In this document: piece after piece, positions 10,677 through 19,820 of the stretch
Position numbering within the stretch: the stretch's first letter is position 1
Layout of the letters: every line of letters starts with the position of its first letter
Origin: Candidatus Moraniibacteriota bacterium
GTDB taxonomy: Bacteria > Patescibacteriota > Minisyncoccia > Moranbacterales > UBA1568
Direction of reading: 5' to 3'
Length of the DNA: 64,000 bases
NCBI GenBank assembly: GCA_037133435.1
Contig: JBAXOD010000001.1
Coordinates: 30,979 to 94,978, forward strand
Notes under the pieces: model-generated
Told to the model about the DNA's origin: nothing
Seen by the model: the letters and a program-made list of their open reading frames with translations, nothing else
The model's database searches: none
Position numbers and translations under genes: made by a program

Positions 10677-10925
10677 GGGCAGGGAACAGTTAATATTGAA
10701 CAGGGAACATTGAATAGGGAACAGGGAACTGGATTGCCGCGGATGATTACATCCTCGCAAAGACAGACAGGGAGTAGGTCAGAGATAATCAGCCTCCGGC
10801 AAGGCTACGGCGTGGCAAAGCAGGGAACAGATACCGGAAAGAATGGGATAACCACGGGGATTTGTCGGCGGCGGACTGATAAAGACAGCTTTCAATCGGA
10901 GATAATCAGTTTATGATGGAAAAAT

Positions 10926-11489
10926 ATGAAACAGTTTTCAACGGCTTTGGTGATAGGGCTTATGGTTGTGTCGGGCATTGTCGGTATCGGCATCGGGTAT
11001 GCGTATACGCCGGAATATATGTTTTCCGCGTATGATAGGAATACGATGGATCTCGGGGTGGCGGACCGTTGGCTCGATTTGCGATATATGAACTCCATGA
11101 TAGCGCATCACCGCGGTGCGATGCTGCTTGCAGAACAGGCCAGGCAGAGCACACGGCCGGAAATTCAGGAGCTTTCCAAAGAAATCCTTGCGAATGAGCC
11201 GGTGTCGATCGCCGAACTTACCGCATGGAAAAAGGCGTGGTACGGTGATAGTCGTCCGGTGGCGGACCCGGTGGTCCCGAAACTCGGGTCGTATGATGGG
11301 ACGTTCGACCTCCGATTCCTGAATGCGCTTATCGCACATCATAAGAACGGAATCCTTATGACCAAGGATGTGAGGATTAAGTCGATCCGTTCCGAAATCC
11401 TGAATAATGCCGATACGGTCGAAGCGTTCCTTTCAGACAGCGGTGCCATGCTCACGAAATGGAGAAGTGACTGGTACGACATACAATAA
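10926..11489 (+). CDS. DUF305 family secreted/membrane-anchored protein
   Basis: Duplicated IAHH motifs (MIAHHRGA, LIAHHKNG). N-terminal hydrophobic segment. Commonly linked to copper loci. Confidence 0.7.
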   Translation: MKQFSTALVIGLMVVSGIVGIGIGYAYTPEYMFSAYDRNTMDLGVADRWLDLRYMNSMIAHHRGAMLLAEQARQSTRPEIQELSKEILANEPVSIAELTAWKKAWYGDSRPVADPVVPKLGSYDGTFDLRFLNALIAHHKNGILMTKDVRIKSIRSEILNNADTVEAFLSDSGAMLTKWRSDWYDIQ

Positions 11490-11495
11490 TCCCTT

Positions 11496-13769
11496 ATGAG
11501 TGAGAAAAAATATCACGTGAACGGAATGCATTGCGCGAGTTGCGCGACGATCGTCGGGAAAAGCCTAAAGCGCATCGAGGGTGTGACCCGCGCCGAGGTC
11601 AATTTTGCTACCGAAGAAGCCCGATTGGATACCGGGACAGCGGATATCCCGCTGGAGCGCCTGAATGAGACGCTTCGTAAGATCGGATACGGTCTTTCCG
11701 AGAAGGAGTCCGATCAGGGATCTGATGACTCCTCAACTGTTTCGACGACCGAGCGGGACGGAAAGAGTGCCCTTCACGAGCAGGAAGAAAAAATGCGGTT
11801 CATGGTTCCGATCACCGTACTCGTTTTTCTTATCATGATGTGGGATATCGCCGTACAGGCATTTCCCTTTGTCCCGAATCTTCCATTACCGATGGGCTTG
11901 TTTTCGGTCATATCGATGGTGTTGTCCGCGGTCGTGATGTTCTGGGTCGGTAACCGGTTCCTTGCCGGCGTGATACGATTTTTCCGATACGGAGCCGCCG
12001 ACATGGATACCTTGATCGGCATCGGAACGTTGGCTGCGTTTCTTTTCAGTTCGTTCATCACCCTTTTCCCGGAAATCTCACGGGCACTGCGTCTTCCGAA
12101 CGTGACGTATTTCGATGCGGTCATCGTCGTCATCGGTTTCGTGACCTTGGGGAAATATCTCGAGGCGCGATCGAAGCAACGGACGGGGGACGCCTTGAAG
12201 AAGCTGATCGGTCTGCAGGCGAAGACCGCTGTGGTCATCCGTGACGGCAAAGAGACGGAGATCGCGATCACTCAGGTCCTGAGGGGCGATCTGGTCGTCG
12301 TGAAGCCGGGATCGCGCATTCCGGTGGATGGCGTCGTTACGGAAGGATCCTCGTTCGTCGACGAGTCGATGGTGACGGGAGAGCCGATGCCCGTACGAAA
12401 AGAGGCGGGAGACAGTGTGGCTTCCGGTACGGTCAATACGATGGGATCATTCACGTTTGAGGCGAAAAAGATTGGCGAGGAGACGCTTCTTTCGGGCATA
12501 ATCCGGATGGTGGAGGACGCGCAGGGGAGTAAGGCGCCGATTCAGGCGCTTGCGGACAAGATCTCGGGCGTGTTCGTGCCGGTCGTCTTGGGAATCGCGT
12601 TCCTTTCCCTGGGCGTATGGCTCGTTGTCGGTTCGCGGTACCTCGGTTTTTCGCAGGCACTCTCATTCGGCCTCTCGTCCTTTGTCGGGGTGCTGGTCAT
12701 CGCGTGTCCGTGCGCGCTCGGTTTGGCGACGCCGACCGCCATCATCGTCGGGGTCGGCAAGGGTGCCAGGGAGGGTATTCTTATCAAGGACGCGGCCACG
12801 CTCGAACGGCTTCAGAAGGCGACGGTCATGGTGTTCGACAAGACGGGTACGATCACCGAAGGGAAGCCGAAGCTCGTATCCGTGCTCAATCAGTCCGATC
12901 GAAGCGATGAAGAATTGATCTCGATCCTTGCCTCACTCGAGAGCCGGTCGGAGCATCCGATCGCCCATGCGATCGTATCGAGCGCGACCGAAAAGGCCAT
13001 CGGTTTCGGCTCTGTCGAGGAATTTTCGGCGGTCGAAGGGAAAGGGGTCCGTGGTCGTGTCGGCGGCGTCACCTATTATGCGGGGAATACGCGTCTGGTC
13101 GACGATCTCGGTCTCACCTTCGATTCGGGATCGATCAAGGAGTCGACTTCCGAAGGGAAAACGCCGGTCGTCCTTTCGACGGAGAAAGAAGTTCTCGGAA
13201 TCTTCATGGTGGCGGACGCAGTCAAATCGGAAGCGAAAGAAGCCGTTTCCAAGTTGCACTCGCTCGATATGAAAGTGGTCATGTTGACGGGGGACGACGC
13301 GGATACGGCGAGATATATCGCCGATCAGGCGGGAATAGACGAGGTCGTGGCAGGAGTCCTGCCCCAGGGGAAATATGCGAAGATACGGGAGCTGCAATCC
13401 GAAGGGTATATCGTGGCTATGGCGGGAGACGGTATCAATGACGCGCCAGCCTTGGCGGCCGCCGATATCGGCATTGCCATGGGCACCGGAACGGATGTGG
13501 CGATCGAGACGGCGGGTATGACGCTTTTGCATGGTGACATATCGAAGCTGGTCAAAGCGGTCCGGTTGTCGAAGCTGACCATGCGTGGCATCAGACAGAA
13601 CCTGTTCTGGGCGTTCGCGTACAATGTCATCGGTATCCCGTTCGCGGCCGGGCTCTTCTATCCGCTGTTCGGTATTACGCTGAACCCGGTGTTCGCGGGA
13701 CTCGCGATGGCATTCTCGAGCGTATCGGTCGTCGGGAACTCGCTCCGGCTCAGGACGAAACGTCTCTGA
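11496..13769 (+). CDS. copA: Copper-translocating P1B-type ATPase
   Basis: N-terminal HMA domain (GMHCASCA), CPC transmembrane metal site ([10 protein letters not shown]), DKTGTIT phosphorylation motif and [10 protein letters not shown]. Confidence 0.9.
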   Translation: MSEKKYHVNGMHCASCATIVGKSLKRIEGVTRAEVNFATEEARLDTGTADIPLERLNETLRKIGYGLSEKESDQGSDDSSTVSTTERDGKSALHEQEEKMRFMVPITVLVFLIMMWDIAVQAFPFVPNLPLPMGLFSVISMVLSAVVMFWVGNRFLAGVIRFFRYGAADMDTLIGIGTLAAFLFSSFITLFPEISRALRLPNVTYFDAVIVVIGFVTLGKYLEARSKQRTGDALKKLIGLQAKTAVVIRDGKETEIAITQVLRGDLVVVKPGSRIPVDGVVTEGSSFVDESMVTGEPMPVRKEAGDSVASGTVNTMGSFTFEAKKIGEETLLSGIIRMVEDAQGSKAPIQALADKISGVFVPVVLGIAFLSLGVWLVVGSRYLGFSQALSFGLSSFVGVLVIACPCALGLATPTAIIVGVGKGAREGILIKDAATLERLQKATVMVFDKTGTITEGKPKLVSVLNQSDRSDEELISILASLESRSEHPIAHAIVSSATEKAIGFGSVEEFSAVEGKGVRGRVGGVTYYAGNTRLVDDLGLTFDSGSIKESTSEGKTPVVLSTEKEVLGIFMVADAVKSEAKEAVSKLHSLDMKVVMLTGDDADTARYIADQAGIDEVVAGVLPQGKYAKIRELQSEGYIVAMAGDGINDAPALAAADIGIAMGTGTDVAIETAGMTLLHGDISKLVKAVRLSKLTMRGIRQNLFWAFAYNVIGIPFAAGLFYPLFGITLNPVFAGLAMAFSSVSVVGNSLRLRTKRL

Positions 13770-13873
13770 TAACCTACTGACAACGTACGACCGACAACAT
13801 ACAATGTACAACGGGAAAAAAAGAAGAATAGCAACTGACAATGGTAACAATAGAGCGATTAAGCATGTATCCT

Positions 13874-14893
13874 ATGAAAACATACACGTTCCATGCGACC
13901 GGCATGCACTGCAAGGCATGCACGATGCTTATCGAGAGCGAACTTGCCGAAGTCGAGGGGGTCGATTCGGTGAAGGCGTCCTTGTCGGACGCCAGAGTGC
14001 AAGTGACCGGGGAGTTCGGCGACCGTGAGGAAGATCGAATCGCGCACGATCTGAGCGAGACACTCAAGGCACACGGCTATACGCTTTCGACCGAAAAGGA
14101 TACTCACGTGCCGAAATGGTCCGAGTTCACGTTCGCCGCACCGATCGCGCTCGTCCTGATAGGAGTCTTTTTCGGCTTGCAACGACTCGGAGTGGTGAAT
14201 CTGGTCACGTCGTCGGATGTGGGGTTCGGATCGGCATTCCTGATCGGGATCGTCGCATCGCTCTCGTCTTGCATGGCGATGGTCGGCGGGCTCGTACTAT
14301 CGTTGTCCGCGAATTTCGCCAAGGAAGGGGAAACCTTCCGGCCACAAGCGCTGTTTCATGTCGGGCGGCTGGGATCGTTCTTTCTCCTCGGCGGTGTCAT
14401 CGGATCGCTCGGGTCGGTGTTCCAGATAGGCGGAACCGGAACAGCTGCGCTCGGATTTCTCGTGGCGCTCGTGCTCATCATTCTCGGTATCAATCTCCTT
14501 GATGTGTTCCCGTGGGCGAGGAAACTCCAGCCGTCCATGCCGGCCTTCATCGGCAAACGGATGCATGGCGTGAAGGAACTCAATCATACGCTCACCCCTC
14601 TCTTGGCCGGAATCGTCACCTTCTTCCTTCCGTGCGGGTTCACGCAGTCGATGCAGCTCTATGCGCTTTCGACCGGCAGTTTTTCGGAGGGCGCGATCAC
14701 GATGTCCGCGTTCGCGCTCGGCACGTTGCCCGTCCTTGCACTGCTGAGTTTCAGCTCGATCGGTATCGGGAAAGGGGCGCGATCCGGGATATTCTTCAAG
14801 GCTGCAGGACTCCTGGTCATTTTTTTCGGGATATTCAATCTCCTGAACGGGCTGGCGAGTCTGGGAATCATCGCTCCGGTATTCAATTTCTAA
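13874..14893 (+). CDS. HMA-domain fused to a multi-TM Cys-pair membrane protein (DsbD_2/UreH-like transmembrane family), putative metal handling
   Basis: N-terminal GMHCKACT HMA domain. TM region with conserved SLSSCMAM and FFLPCGFTQS cysteines. Start placed at MKTYTF. The ORF track begins at 13841. Confidence 0.55.
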   Translation: MKTYTFHATGMHCKACTMLIESELAEVEGVDSVKASLSDARVQVTGEFGDREEDRIAHDLSETLKAHGYTLSTEKDTHVPKWSEFTFAAPIALVLIGVFFGLQRLGVVNLVTSSDVGFGSAFLIGIVASLSSCMAMVGGLVLSLSANFAKEGETFRPQALFHVGRLGSFFLLGGVIGSLGSVFQIGGTGTAALGFLVALVLIILGINLLDVFPWARKLQPSMPAFIGKRMHGVKELNHTLTPLLAGIVTFFLPCGFTQSMQLYALSTGSFSEGAITMSAFALGTLPVLALLSFSSIGIGKGARSGIFFKAAGLLVIFFGIFNLLNGLASLGIIAPVFNF

Positions 14894-14911
14894 TCATCAA
14901 TCGGCAAGAAT

Positions 14912-15328
14912 ATGAAAAAAAACATAATGACCGTTATCGCCGTGATTGTTTTTGGAATCGTCGCGATCGGAGCGGGGATGTACCTTGGAGTGATCTCAAA
15001 CGGCACCTCTTCGAAATCATCGCAAAAAATAGTGGGAAAAACACCCGAGGTGAACGCGGACGGGAAGCAGATCATCGAGATCGCGGTCAAAGGGGGATAC
15101 TCGCCCAAGTCGATCACGGCCACAGCCGGTATGCCGACCGTCCTCCGTTTCGTCACGGACAACACGTTTGACTGTTCGTCGTCGCTCTCCATTCCGGCAA
15201 TCAACTATCGAAAGAACCTCCCGCGCACCGGCACGACGGACGTCGACGTCCCCGCACAGACCGCCGGGACCACGCTCCGCGGCTCGTGCTCGATGGGTAT
15301 GTACAGCTTCACGGTGAATTTCGAATAA
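14912..15328 (+). CDS. Cupredoxin-like domain protein, membrane anchored
   Basis: N-terminal TM helix. C-terminal beta-rich domain with a C...C...M pattern (FDCSSS, GSCSMGMYSF) typical of cupredoxin_1 proteins in metal islands. Confidence 0.5.
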   Translation: MKKNIMTVIAVIVFGIVAIGAGMYLGVISNGTSSKSSQKIVGKTPEVNADGKQIIEIAVKGGYSPKSITATAGMPTVLRFVTDNTFDCSSSLSIPAINYRKNLPRTGTTDVDVPAQTAGTTLRGSCSMGMYSFTVNFE

Positions 15329-15406
15329 GGTGTCATCCAAGGTCGTTCTTTGATTATTTTTGATCGCTCATATATACTTGAGTAGTCAAACATTAATCAG
15401 GCAGAT

Positions 15407-15835
15407 ATGGAAACACTCTCATCGTCAGTACGGTTTTTCATCGATATGGCAAAGGTGGCTGCGGTCGTGAATCGGCGCTTCGACAATGGTCTCGGGGGAC
15501 TCGGGTTCACCGAGTTCATCATATTGTCACATTTGTCCGAGGCAGGGAGCGCAGGCATTCGTCGCATCGATTTGGCCGAGAAGGTCGGATTGACCGCGTC
15601 CGGCATCACTCGATTGTTGCTGCCGATGGAGAAGATCGGCCTCGTAAAGAAGGAAGTCAACAAGGACGACGCGCGGAGCAGTCTGGTCATGATCGCCCCG
15701 GGCGGCAAGCGGAAGCTCGAGGAGGGAATCGAACGGGCGGAACTTCTGGCCGACGAGATCATACCGTCTGGGAAGAAAGGAGAGATGCGTGAACTATCGT
15801 CGTTACTTACCGGTTTAGGGAAGGCTATCAGATAA
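15407..15835 (+). CDS. MarR-family transcriptional regulator
   Basis: Winged-helix segment FTEFIILSHLSEAGSAGIRRIDLAEKVGLTASGITRLL. Confidence 0.7.
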   Translation: METLSSSVRFFIDMAKVAAVVNRRFDNGLGGLGFTEFIILSHLSEAGSAGIRRIDLAEKVGLTASGITRLLLPMEKIGLVKKEVNKDDARSSLVMIAPGGKRKLEEGIERAELLADEIIPSGKKGEMRELSSLLTGLGKAIR

Positions 15836-15848
15836 ACGAATATCCGAT

Positions 15849-16346
15849 ATGTTCATCGTGCGGAAAATAGTACCGATAGCTGTCCTGAGTTATGTTCTTA
15901 ATCTCGCGTGGGAAATGTCGCAGGCGTTCCTGTTCGCGCCGCATTTTTCCGGAGCGGTCGATTTCATTTTCATACACGTCGTGGTGGCATTCACGGACGT
16001 GATGCTTACGCTCCTCATCTTGTTCCCGGAATTTTTCCTCTTCGATCGGATTTTTCGGAAAGGAGATGAATGGAAGCGGATCGTTCTGACTGCCTCGCTC
16101 GGTTTCCTCATCGCGGTCGGTATCGAACGGTACGCCCTTTCGACCGGCATGTGGGCATATGGCTCCTTTATGCCGATCATCCCGCTTCTCGGTGTCGGGC
16201 TTACACCGGTATTGCAGATGACGGTGCTTCCCGGAGTTATCATACGTATTCAAAAGGGGGCGTCGTCATGGATAAGGGTCGTGCGAAACATTGACGCGGT
16301 CAAACAGCGAAAGGAAACGACAACGATATTTGACGCGAGGCTCTGA
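15849..16346 (+). CDS. Hypothetical integral membrane protein (4 predicted TM helices)
   Basis: Hydrophobic segments. No motif recognised. Confidence 0.4.
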   Translation: MFIVRKIVPIAVLSYVLNLAWEMSQAFLFAPHFSGAVDFIFIHVVVAFTDVMLTLLILFPEFFLFDRIFRKGDEWKRIVLTASLGFLIAVGIERYALSTGMWAYGSFMPIIPLLGVGLTPVLQMTVLPGVIIRIQKGASSWIRVVRNIDAVKQRKETTTIFDARL

Positions 16347-16413
16347 TAAGCGTATCCTGGTATGTGGCAGTTGCAAGGATGCCATCGTCATTTAAAAAAC
16401 AAAAAAAGGGAAA

Positions 16414-16884
16414 ATGAGAAAAAAAGCAGAAATAGAAACGGATACTATACGTATGGAAAATCTCAAGATCTTTTACATTCTCGGGAATCGGATGAGCAGC
16501 GAATGGTTTATGAGCGCCTTGGATAAGAGCTTTTCGGGACCGAGTGATCTTATTCTGGAAAGTAATGTTTCCGGAAAATATCGTATTGATTGTACTGATA
16601 TTAAAAAAAAGGGGAAAGAGAAACAGTTTCGAAGGTTGGTTTCACAAGGCCTGTTCTGGGAAATATCGGGTCAGATGGCGGAATCGATCGAGGAGGATAC
16701 GTTGGCGACCGCAATCAAGATCAATCATCGGGGGTATGTGTTCACATTTCGCATCGTGAGTTACGAACTCGGAGAGGATGTTTGTTGTGAGAATGTCGAG
16801 GATCTGATCATCGAAATCGCTGAGAATACTGTGGCCGAACAACCGATTTCACGTACCGTGGAATTGAAAGTGATGGCTGCCTGA
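16414..16884 (+). CDS. Hypothetical protein, paralog A of a three-member family
   Basis: Shares the FxSAL...SG.Y.ID.TDI.KKG and Y.F.F.I..YE blocks with the 17820..18281 ORF. Lower local GC. Confidence 0.5.
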   Translation: MRKKAEIETDTIRMENLKIFYILGNRMSSEWFMSALDKSFSGPSDLILESNVSGKYRIDCTDIKKKGKEKQFRRLVSQGLFWEISGQMAESIEEDTLATAIKINHRGYVFTFRIVSYELGEDVCCENVEDLIIEIAENTVAEQPISRTVELKVMAA

Positions 16885-16888
16885 GTGG

Positions 16889-16922
16889 CCCATCGGCAGG
16901 AACCTGCTCGATGGGTTTTTGT
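16889..16922 (+). terminator. Rho-independent terminator
   Basis: cccatcggcagg...cctgctcgatggg followed by tttttgtcttt. Confidence 0.6.
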
Positions 16923-17356
16923 CTTTCATACTCAGTATCTATTTCAAATTTCACCACCATTCTATGCCGAAAAGAGGGCTTGTCGGCCGAAATCCGAAAA
17001 TTTCGGCTGCTCGCCGGAATCGCAACCGGAAGCGTTGCAGACCGATAAACCATTCAATATGCAAGCCATACTGACTTGCATAGCCTGGAAACCGATCCTC
17101 TGACGAAATCGATCCCGTGGTAACCGTACGGGAAGCTTTACGCATGAGGCCGTGCATATTTGTCCTTGAACGCCAGGAGGCTAATTTGCAAAAAGGCAGC
17201 AATTATCATATTATTTATCGGTAGTGACGGGTTCGGGCCCTTGGTTGCAGGTCGATGCGATGGGGATGTCCGAAAGGATCCGCACGAAATAATAAATCGG
17301 TAACAGAAAATTCGTATCCTGGCACGCCGTCGGCGGACAGGGACGGACACAACGTT

Positions 17357-17638
17357 ATGGCAAAGCTCACGAAGTCACAGCTGTTGACGACGCTCTCGGA
17401 GAAGACAGGTCTTTCGAAGAAGGATATCGGCGGCGCGCTCGACGCGCTCGCGGCGCTCGCGTACAAGGAGGTCAAGAAGAACGGGGAATTCGTGCTCCCG
17501 GGATTCGGAAAGATGGTGAAGGCCAAGCGCAAGGCACGTATGGGCGTGAACCCGGCGACCGGGGCCAAGATCAAGATCGCGGCCAAGACCGTGGTCAAGT
17601 TCCGCCTCGCCAAGGCTGCCAAGGACGCCGTCCTCTAG
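17357..17638 (+). CDS. hup: HU-family nucleoid DNA-binding protein
   Basis: MAKLTKSQLLTTLSEKTGLSKKDIGGALDAL...FGKMVKAKRKARMGVNPATG is a classic HU/IHF fold sequence. Start at the internal ATG. Confidence 0.85.
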   Translation: MAKLTKSQLLTTLSEKTGLSKKDIGGALDALAALAYKEVKKNGEFVLPGFGKMVKAKRKARMGVNPATGAKIKIAAKTVVKFRLAKAAKDAVL

Positions 17639-17665
17639 ATATAACGACGATTTCGATAGTGCTGA

Positions 17666-17700
17666 CCCCGCCTCTTTCGAGAGGCGGGGTTTTGCTTGTC
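17666..17700 (+). terminator. Rho-independent terminator
   Basis: ccccgcctctttcgagaggcgggg followed by ttttgcttgtcttt. Confidence 0.75.
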
Positions 17701-17819
17701 TTTCGCTTATGGTATATGAGGCGCGCTTGACAGTCGGGGAGTGAGGTGATAGTCTGCCGTGTCGGATATCGTTCGACGAAAAAGAGCCTTTTAATAAACC
17801 ATAAATAGCGGAGGTCCAC

Positions 17820-18281
17820 ATGGATTCAGTCACAGTCGCGCGCAACAATCATTTGTTCTATTATCTCCCGGTAATGATGAGTATGATCAAGGATGATTTT
17901 CTGAGTGCTGTTTTGCGAAGCATAACCGACCCTGCACAATATGGAATCGAAGACGATAGTTTTTCTGGATATATTTTGATTGATGCAACGGATATCTCGA
18001 AAAAAGGATATCGGTCTGATTTCATCAATAAGGTCAAAGGTGATGTTAATATCTGTGGTCAAGTATCAAGAAAAATTGCAGGCTCGGTTACCGGCGATAT
18101 GAATACTGATGCCGAGGTGACTATCGATTCTTACCGATTTCAATTCAAGATCACGAAATACGAACGAGACAGGGATCATGAATGGGTCATGGTCGAGGAC
18201 CCGCTTCCTCTTCCGGAAGAGGAAGTGTTGGGCCGTTTCGTGGAACTCACGATAACGTATGTCGAGCGATCCGCTGAATAG
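17820..18281 (+). CDS. Hypothetical protein, paralog B of the same family as 16414..16884
   Basis: The FLSAV...SG.YILIDATDISKKG and YRFQFKITKYE blocks align with paralog A. Confidence 0.5.
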   Translation: MDSVTVARNNHLFYYLPVMMSMIKDDFLSAVLRSITDPAQYGIEDDSFSGYILIDATDISKKGYRSDFINKVKGDVNICGQVSRKIAGSVTGDMNTDAEVTIDSYRFQFKITKYERDRDHEWVMVEDPLPLPEEEVLGRFVELTITYVERSAE

Positions 18282-18302
18282 CAACAGTCCGCGGAGGAAT
18301 AA

Positions 18303-18662
18303 TTGTCGAAAGTATTTTTTGGAAAACGTAAACAAACAATGGAGGATAAGATGGAAATGCCAACCAGAACAGAATTTTTTATGCGCGCGGTGGTTGCGCC
18401 ATACATGTGTACTGATGCGTTTTCAGATGCTGTGTGTCGGAGCGTCTCGGAGTGTCGTGCTCTCATACGCTCATTCGGTGGTGGCGACTTCGGCGGTAGA
18501 TTTACCATTGATGTGACACCGCTTCATGAAGATGCTCGTTATTTGCGACTGTTTGTCGATCAATGTAAGTACAACAGATTTGCTGTTAAGAGTGGCACAT
18601 CAGTATTCTCTCACCAAAGGGAATGGATATTTCAGAGTGACGCAGGGGCTTTTCCATTTTGA
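18303..18662 (+). CDS. Hypothetical protein, possible divergent third paralog
   Basis: GRFTIDVTPL...ARYLRLFVDQ resembles the G.Y.ID.TD...F.RLV.Q block of paralogs A and B. The similarity is weak. Confidence 0.35.
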   Translation: MSKVFFGKRKQTMEDKMEMPTRTEFFMRAVVAPYMCTDAFSDAVCRSVSECRALIRSFGGGDFGGRFTIDVTPLHEDARYLRLFVDQCKYNRFAVKSGTSVFSHQREWIFQSDAGAFPF

Positions 18663-18760
18663 CTTCTCTCTCGGCGCAGAAGAAGATGTGAATGAGCACG
18701 TCATCTCGTTCCCGATGTATCGGGCTGTTGGATTAAGTGTCACCTTTTATTAAAGGTACG

Positions 18761-18800
18761 TCCACCGGAAGCAAAGTCTGCTTCGGTGGACTTTTGCTTT
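18761..18800 (+). terminator. Rho-independent terminator
   Basis: tccaccggaagca..tgcttcggtgga stem followed by cttttgctttt. Confidence 0.7.
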
Positions 18801-18950
18801 TATGGTTACTATTCTCATGATACATTCACGGAGTACGGGGAATGAAGTGAACAAGAAATGCTTTGGCATTGAGTGACCAAGCCATCACTCGTTCTTATAG
18901 AGCCCTCATTCAAAGAGGCAGTGTACTGCGTCTTCTACTTTTCGATGTAT

Positions 18951-18979
18951 TTGACTTCGGTTCAAGGTTGTATTAGTAT
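18951..18979 (+). promoter_or_regulatory. Sigma70-like promoter for the isochorismatase-family gene
   Basis: TTGACT, a 17 nt spacer, then TAGTAT. Located 14 nt upstream of the start codon. Confidence 0.45.
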
Positions 18980-18992
18980 CTGATTTCTAGAA

Positions 18993-19592
18993 ATGTTCAT
19001 GAACAATAACGATAAACGGGAGGAAGTCATGGAAAGATTGTTTCATTCGATCGATCTGGGTCGTGTCGTCGTCTTGCTTGTCGACATGCAGGATCGGTTC
19101 TTGGATAATCAGGATAAACGGAAGCTGATACCGGAACAGGTCGCGCTTCTAATCCGATGTAAAAAGGAGGGGATTCCGGTGATCATTGTCGAATGCGAAG
19201 GGTTCGGACAGACGAATTTCAAACTCTCCGAAGTGCTTTGTGAGATTCCGGAACGGAAAAAAATAACGGTGGTGAAACCGGATGAGGACGCGTTTGAGGG
19301 GACGGAACTCGGGGAAATACTTGAGACTCTCGGTATGAAAACGTTGCTCCTCATGGGGGTGAACGCGTGTAAATGCGTCTACAAGACGGCCGTTTCAGCA
19401 CGGAAACTCGGATATGAAATCCTCACGAGTGACACGATTGTCGCAGGGAATTGTGACGAGTATGAGCATTCCCTCCATCGGAATAATCTGTCCCGTCGTC
19501 GGGATTGTCCGGATTGCGGACAGCGGACGGGATGGTATGTGAAACGTGAAGCCGAAACCGAAGAATACTATTCGGTACTCGGTATGATTTAG
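18993..19592 (+). CDS. Isochorismatase-family cysteine hydrolase with a C-terminal CxxC zinc-ribbon-like tail
   Basis: VVLLVDMQDRF, a catalytic Cys in GVNACKCV, and a C-terminal CPDCGQRTGWY. Confidence 0.6.
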   Translation: MFMNNNDKREEVMERLFHSIDLGRVVVLLVDMQDRFLDNQDKRKLIPEQVALLIRCKKEGIPVIIVECEGFGQTNFKLSEVLCEIPERKKITVVKPDEDAFEGTELGEILETLGMKTLLLMGVNACKCVYKTAVSARKLGYEILTSDTIVAGNCDEYEHSLHRNNLSRRRDCPDCGQRTGWYVKREAETEEYYSVLGMI

Positions 19593-19790
19593 AGCCTATC
19601 CGTCAGGGTCTCCGTCACGAGCCGTACGATCTTCGAGCGGAAAGGCGGGTAACCAGCGGAGCCCTCTCTGTAGAGAGGGCGACAAGGGGTACGCGCGTGT
19701 ACGCCGAAAATCGTAGGCGCAGGAGGTATGTTCCTAACGGATAGACTCTAAACCCACCTATGAAAATCACAGAGGTGGGTTTTTTCTTTC
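19592..19790 (+). ncRNA. Candidate structured small RNA (~160 nt) with its own intrinsic terminator; family not identified
   Basis: A 16 nt closing stem, gagcctatccgtcagg (19592-19607) pairing with cctaacggatagactc (19733-19748). Internal hairpins such as gccctctctgtagagagggc. Then the terminator acccacct..aggtgggt plus TTTTTT (19751-19786). It lies between two convergent genes with no CDS. Confidence 0.4.
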
Positions 19791-19820
19791 TACCGTTATA
19801 AGGTCAGGAAAGAAGGTTTT

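Noticed and set aside
12933-13850. 305 aa minus-strand ORF and many smaller ORFs antisense to copA
   Set aside because: It lies entirely within the strongly supported copA reading frame. It is a typical high-GC antisense shadow ORF with an Arg-rich translation.
17100-17350. tRNA-like sequence upstream of the HU gene (gggttcgggccc)
   Set aside because: No cloverleaf can be built. There is no GTTCGAATC T-loop or anticodon arm context. I judged it to be part of a structured promoter region only.
19592-19750. Assignment of the candidate ncRNA to 6S, SRP, RNase P or tmRNA
   Set aside because: By eye I could not find the diagnostic motifs: the SRP GGAAGCAGCC motif, the RNase P P4 and GNRA modules, the tmRNA ends, or a 6S central bubble. 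The family is left open.
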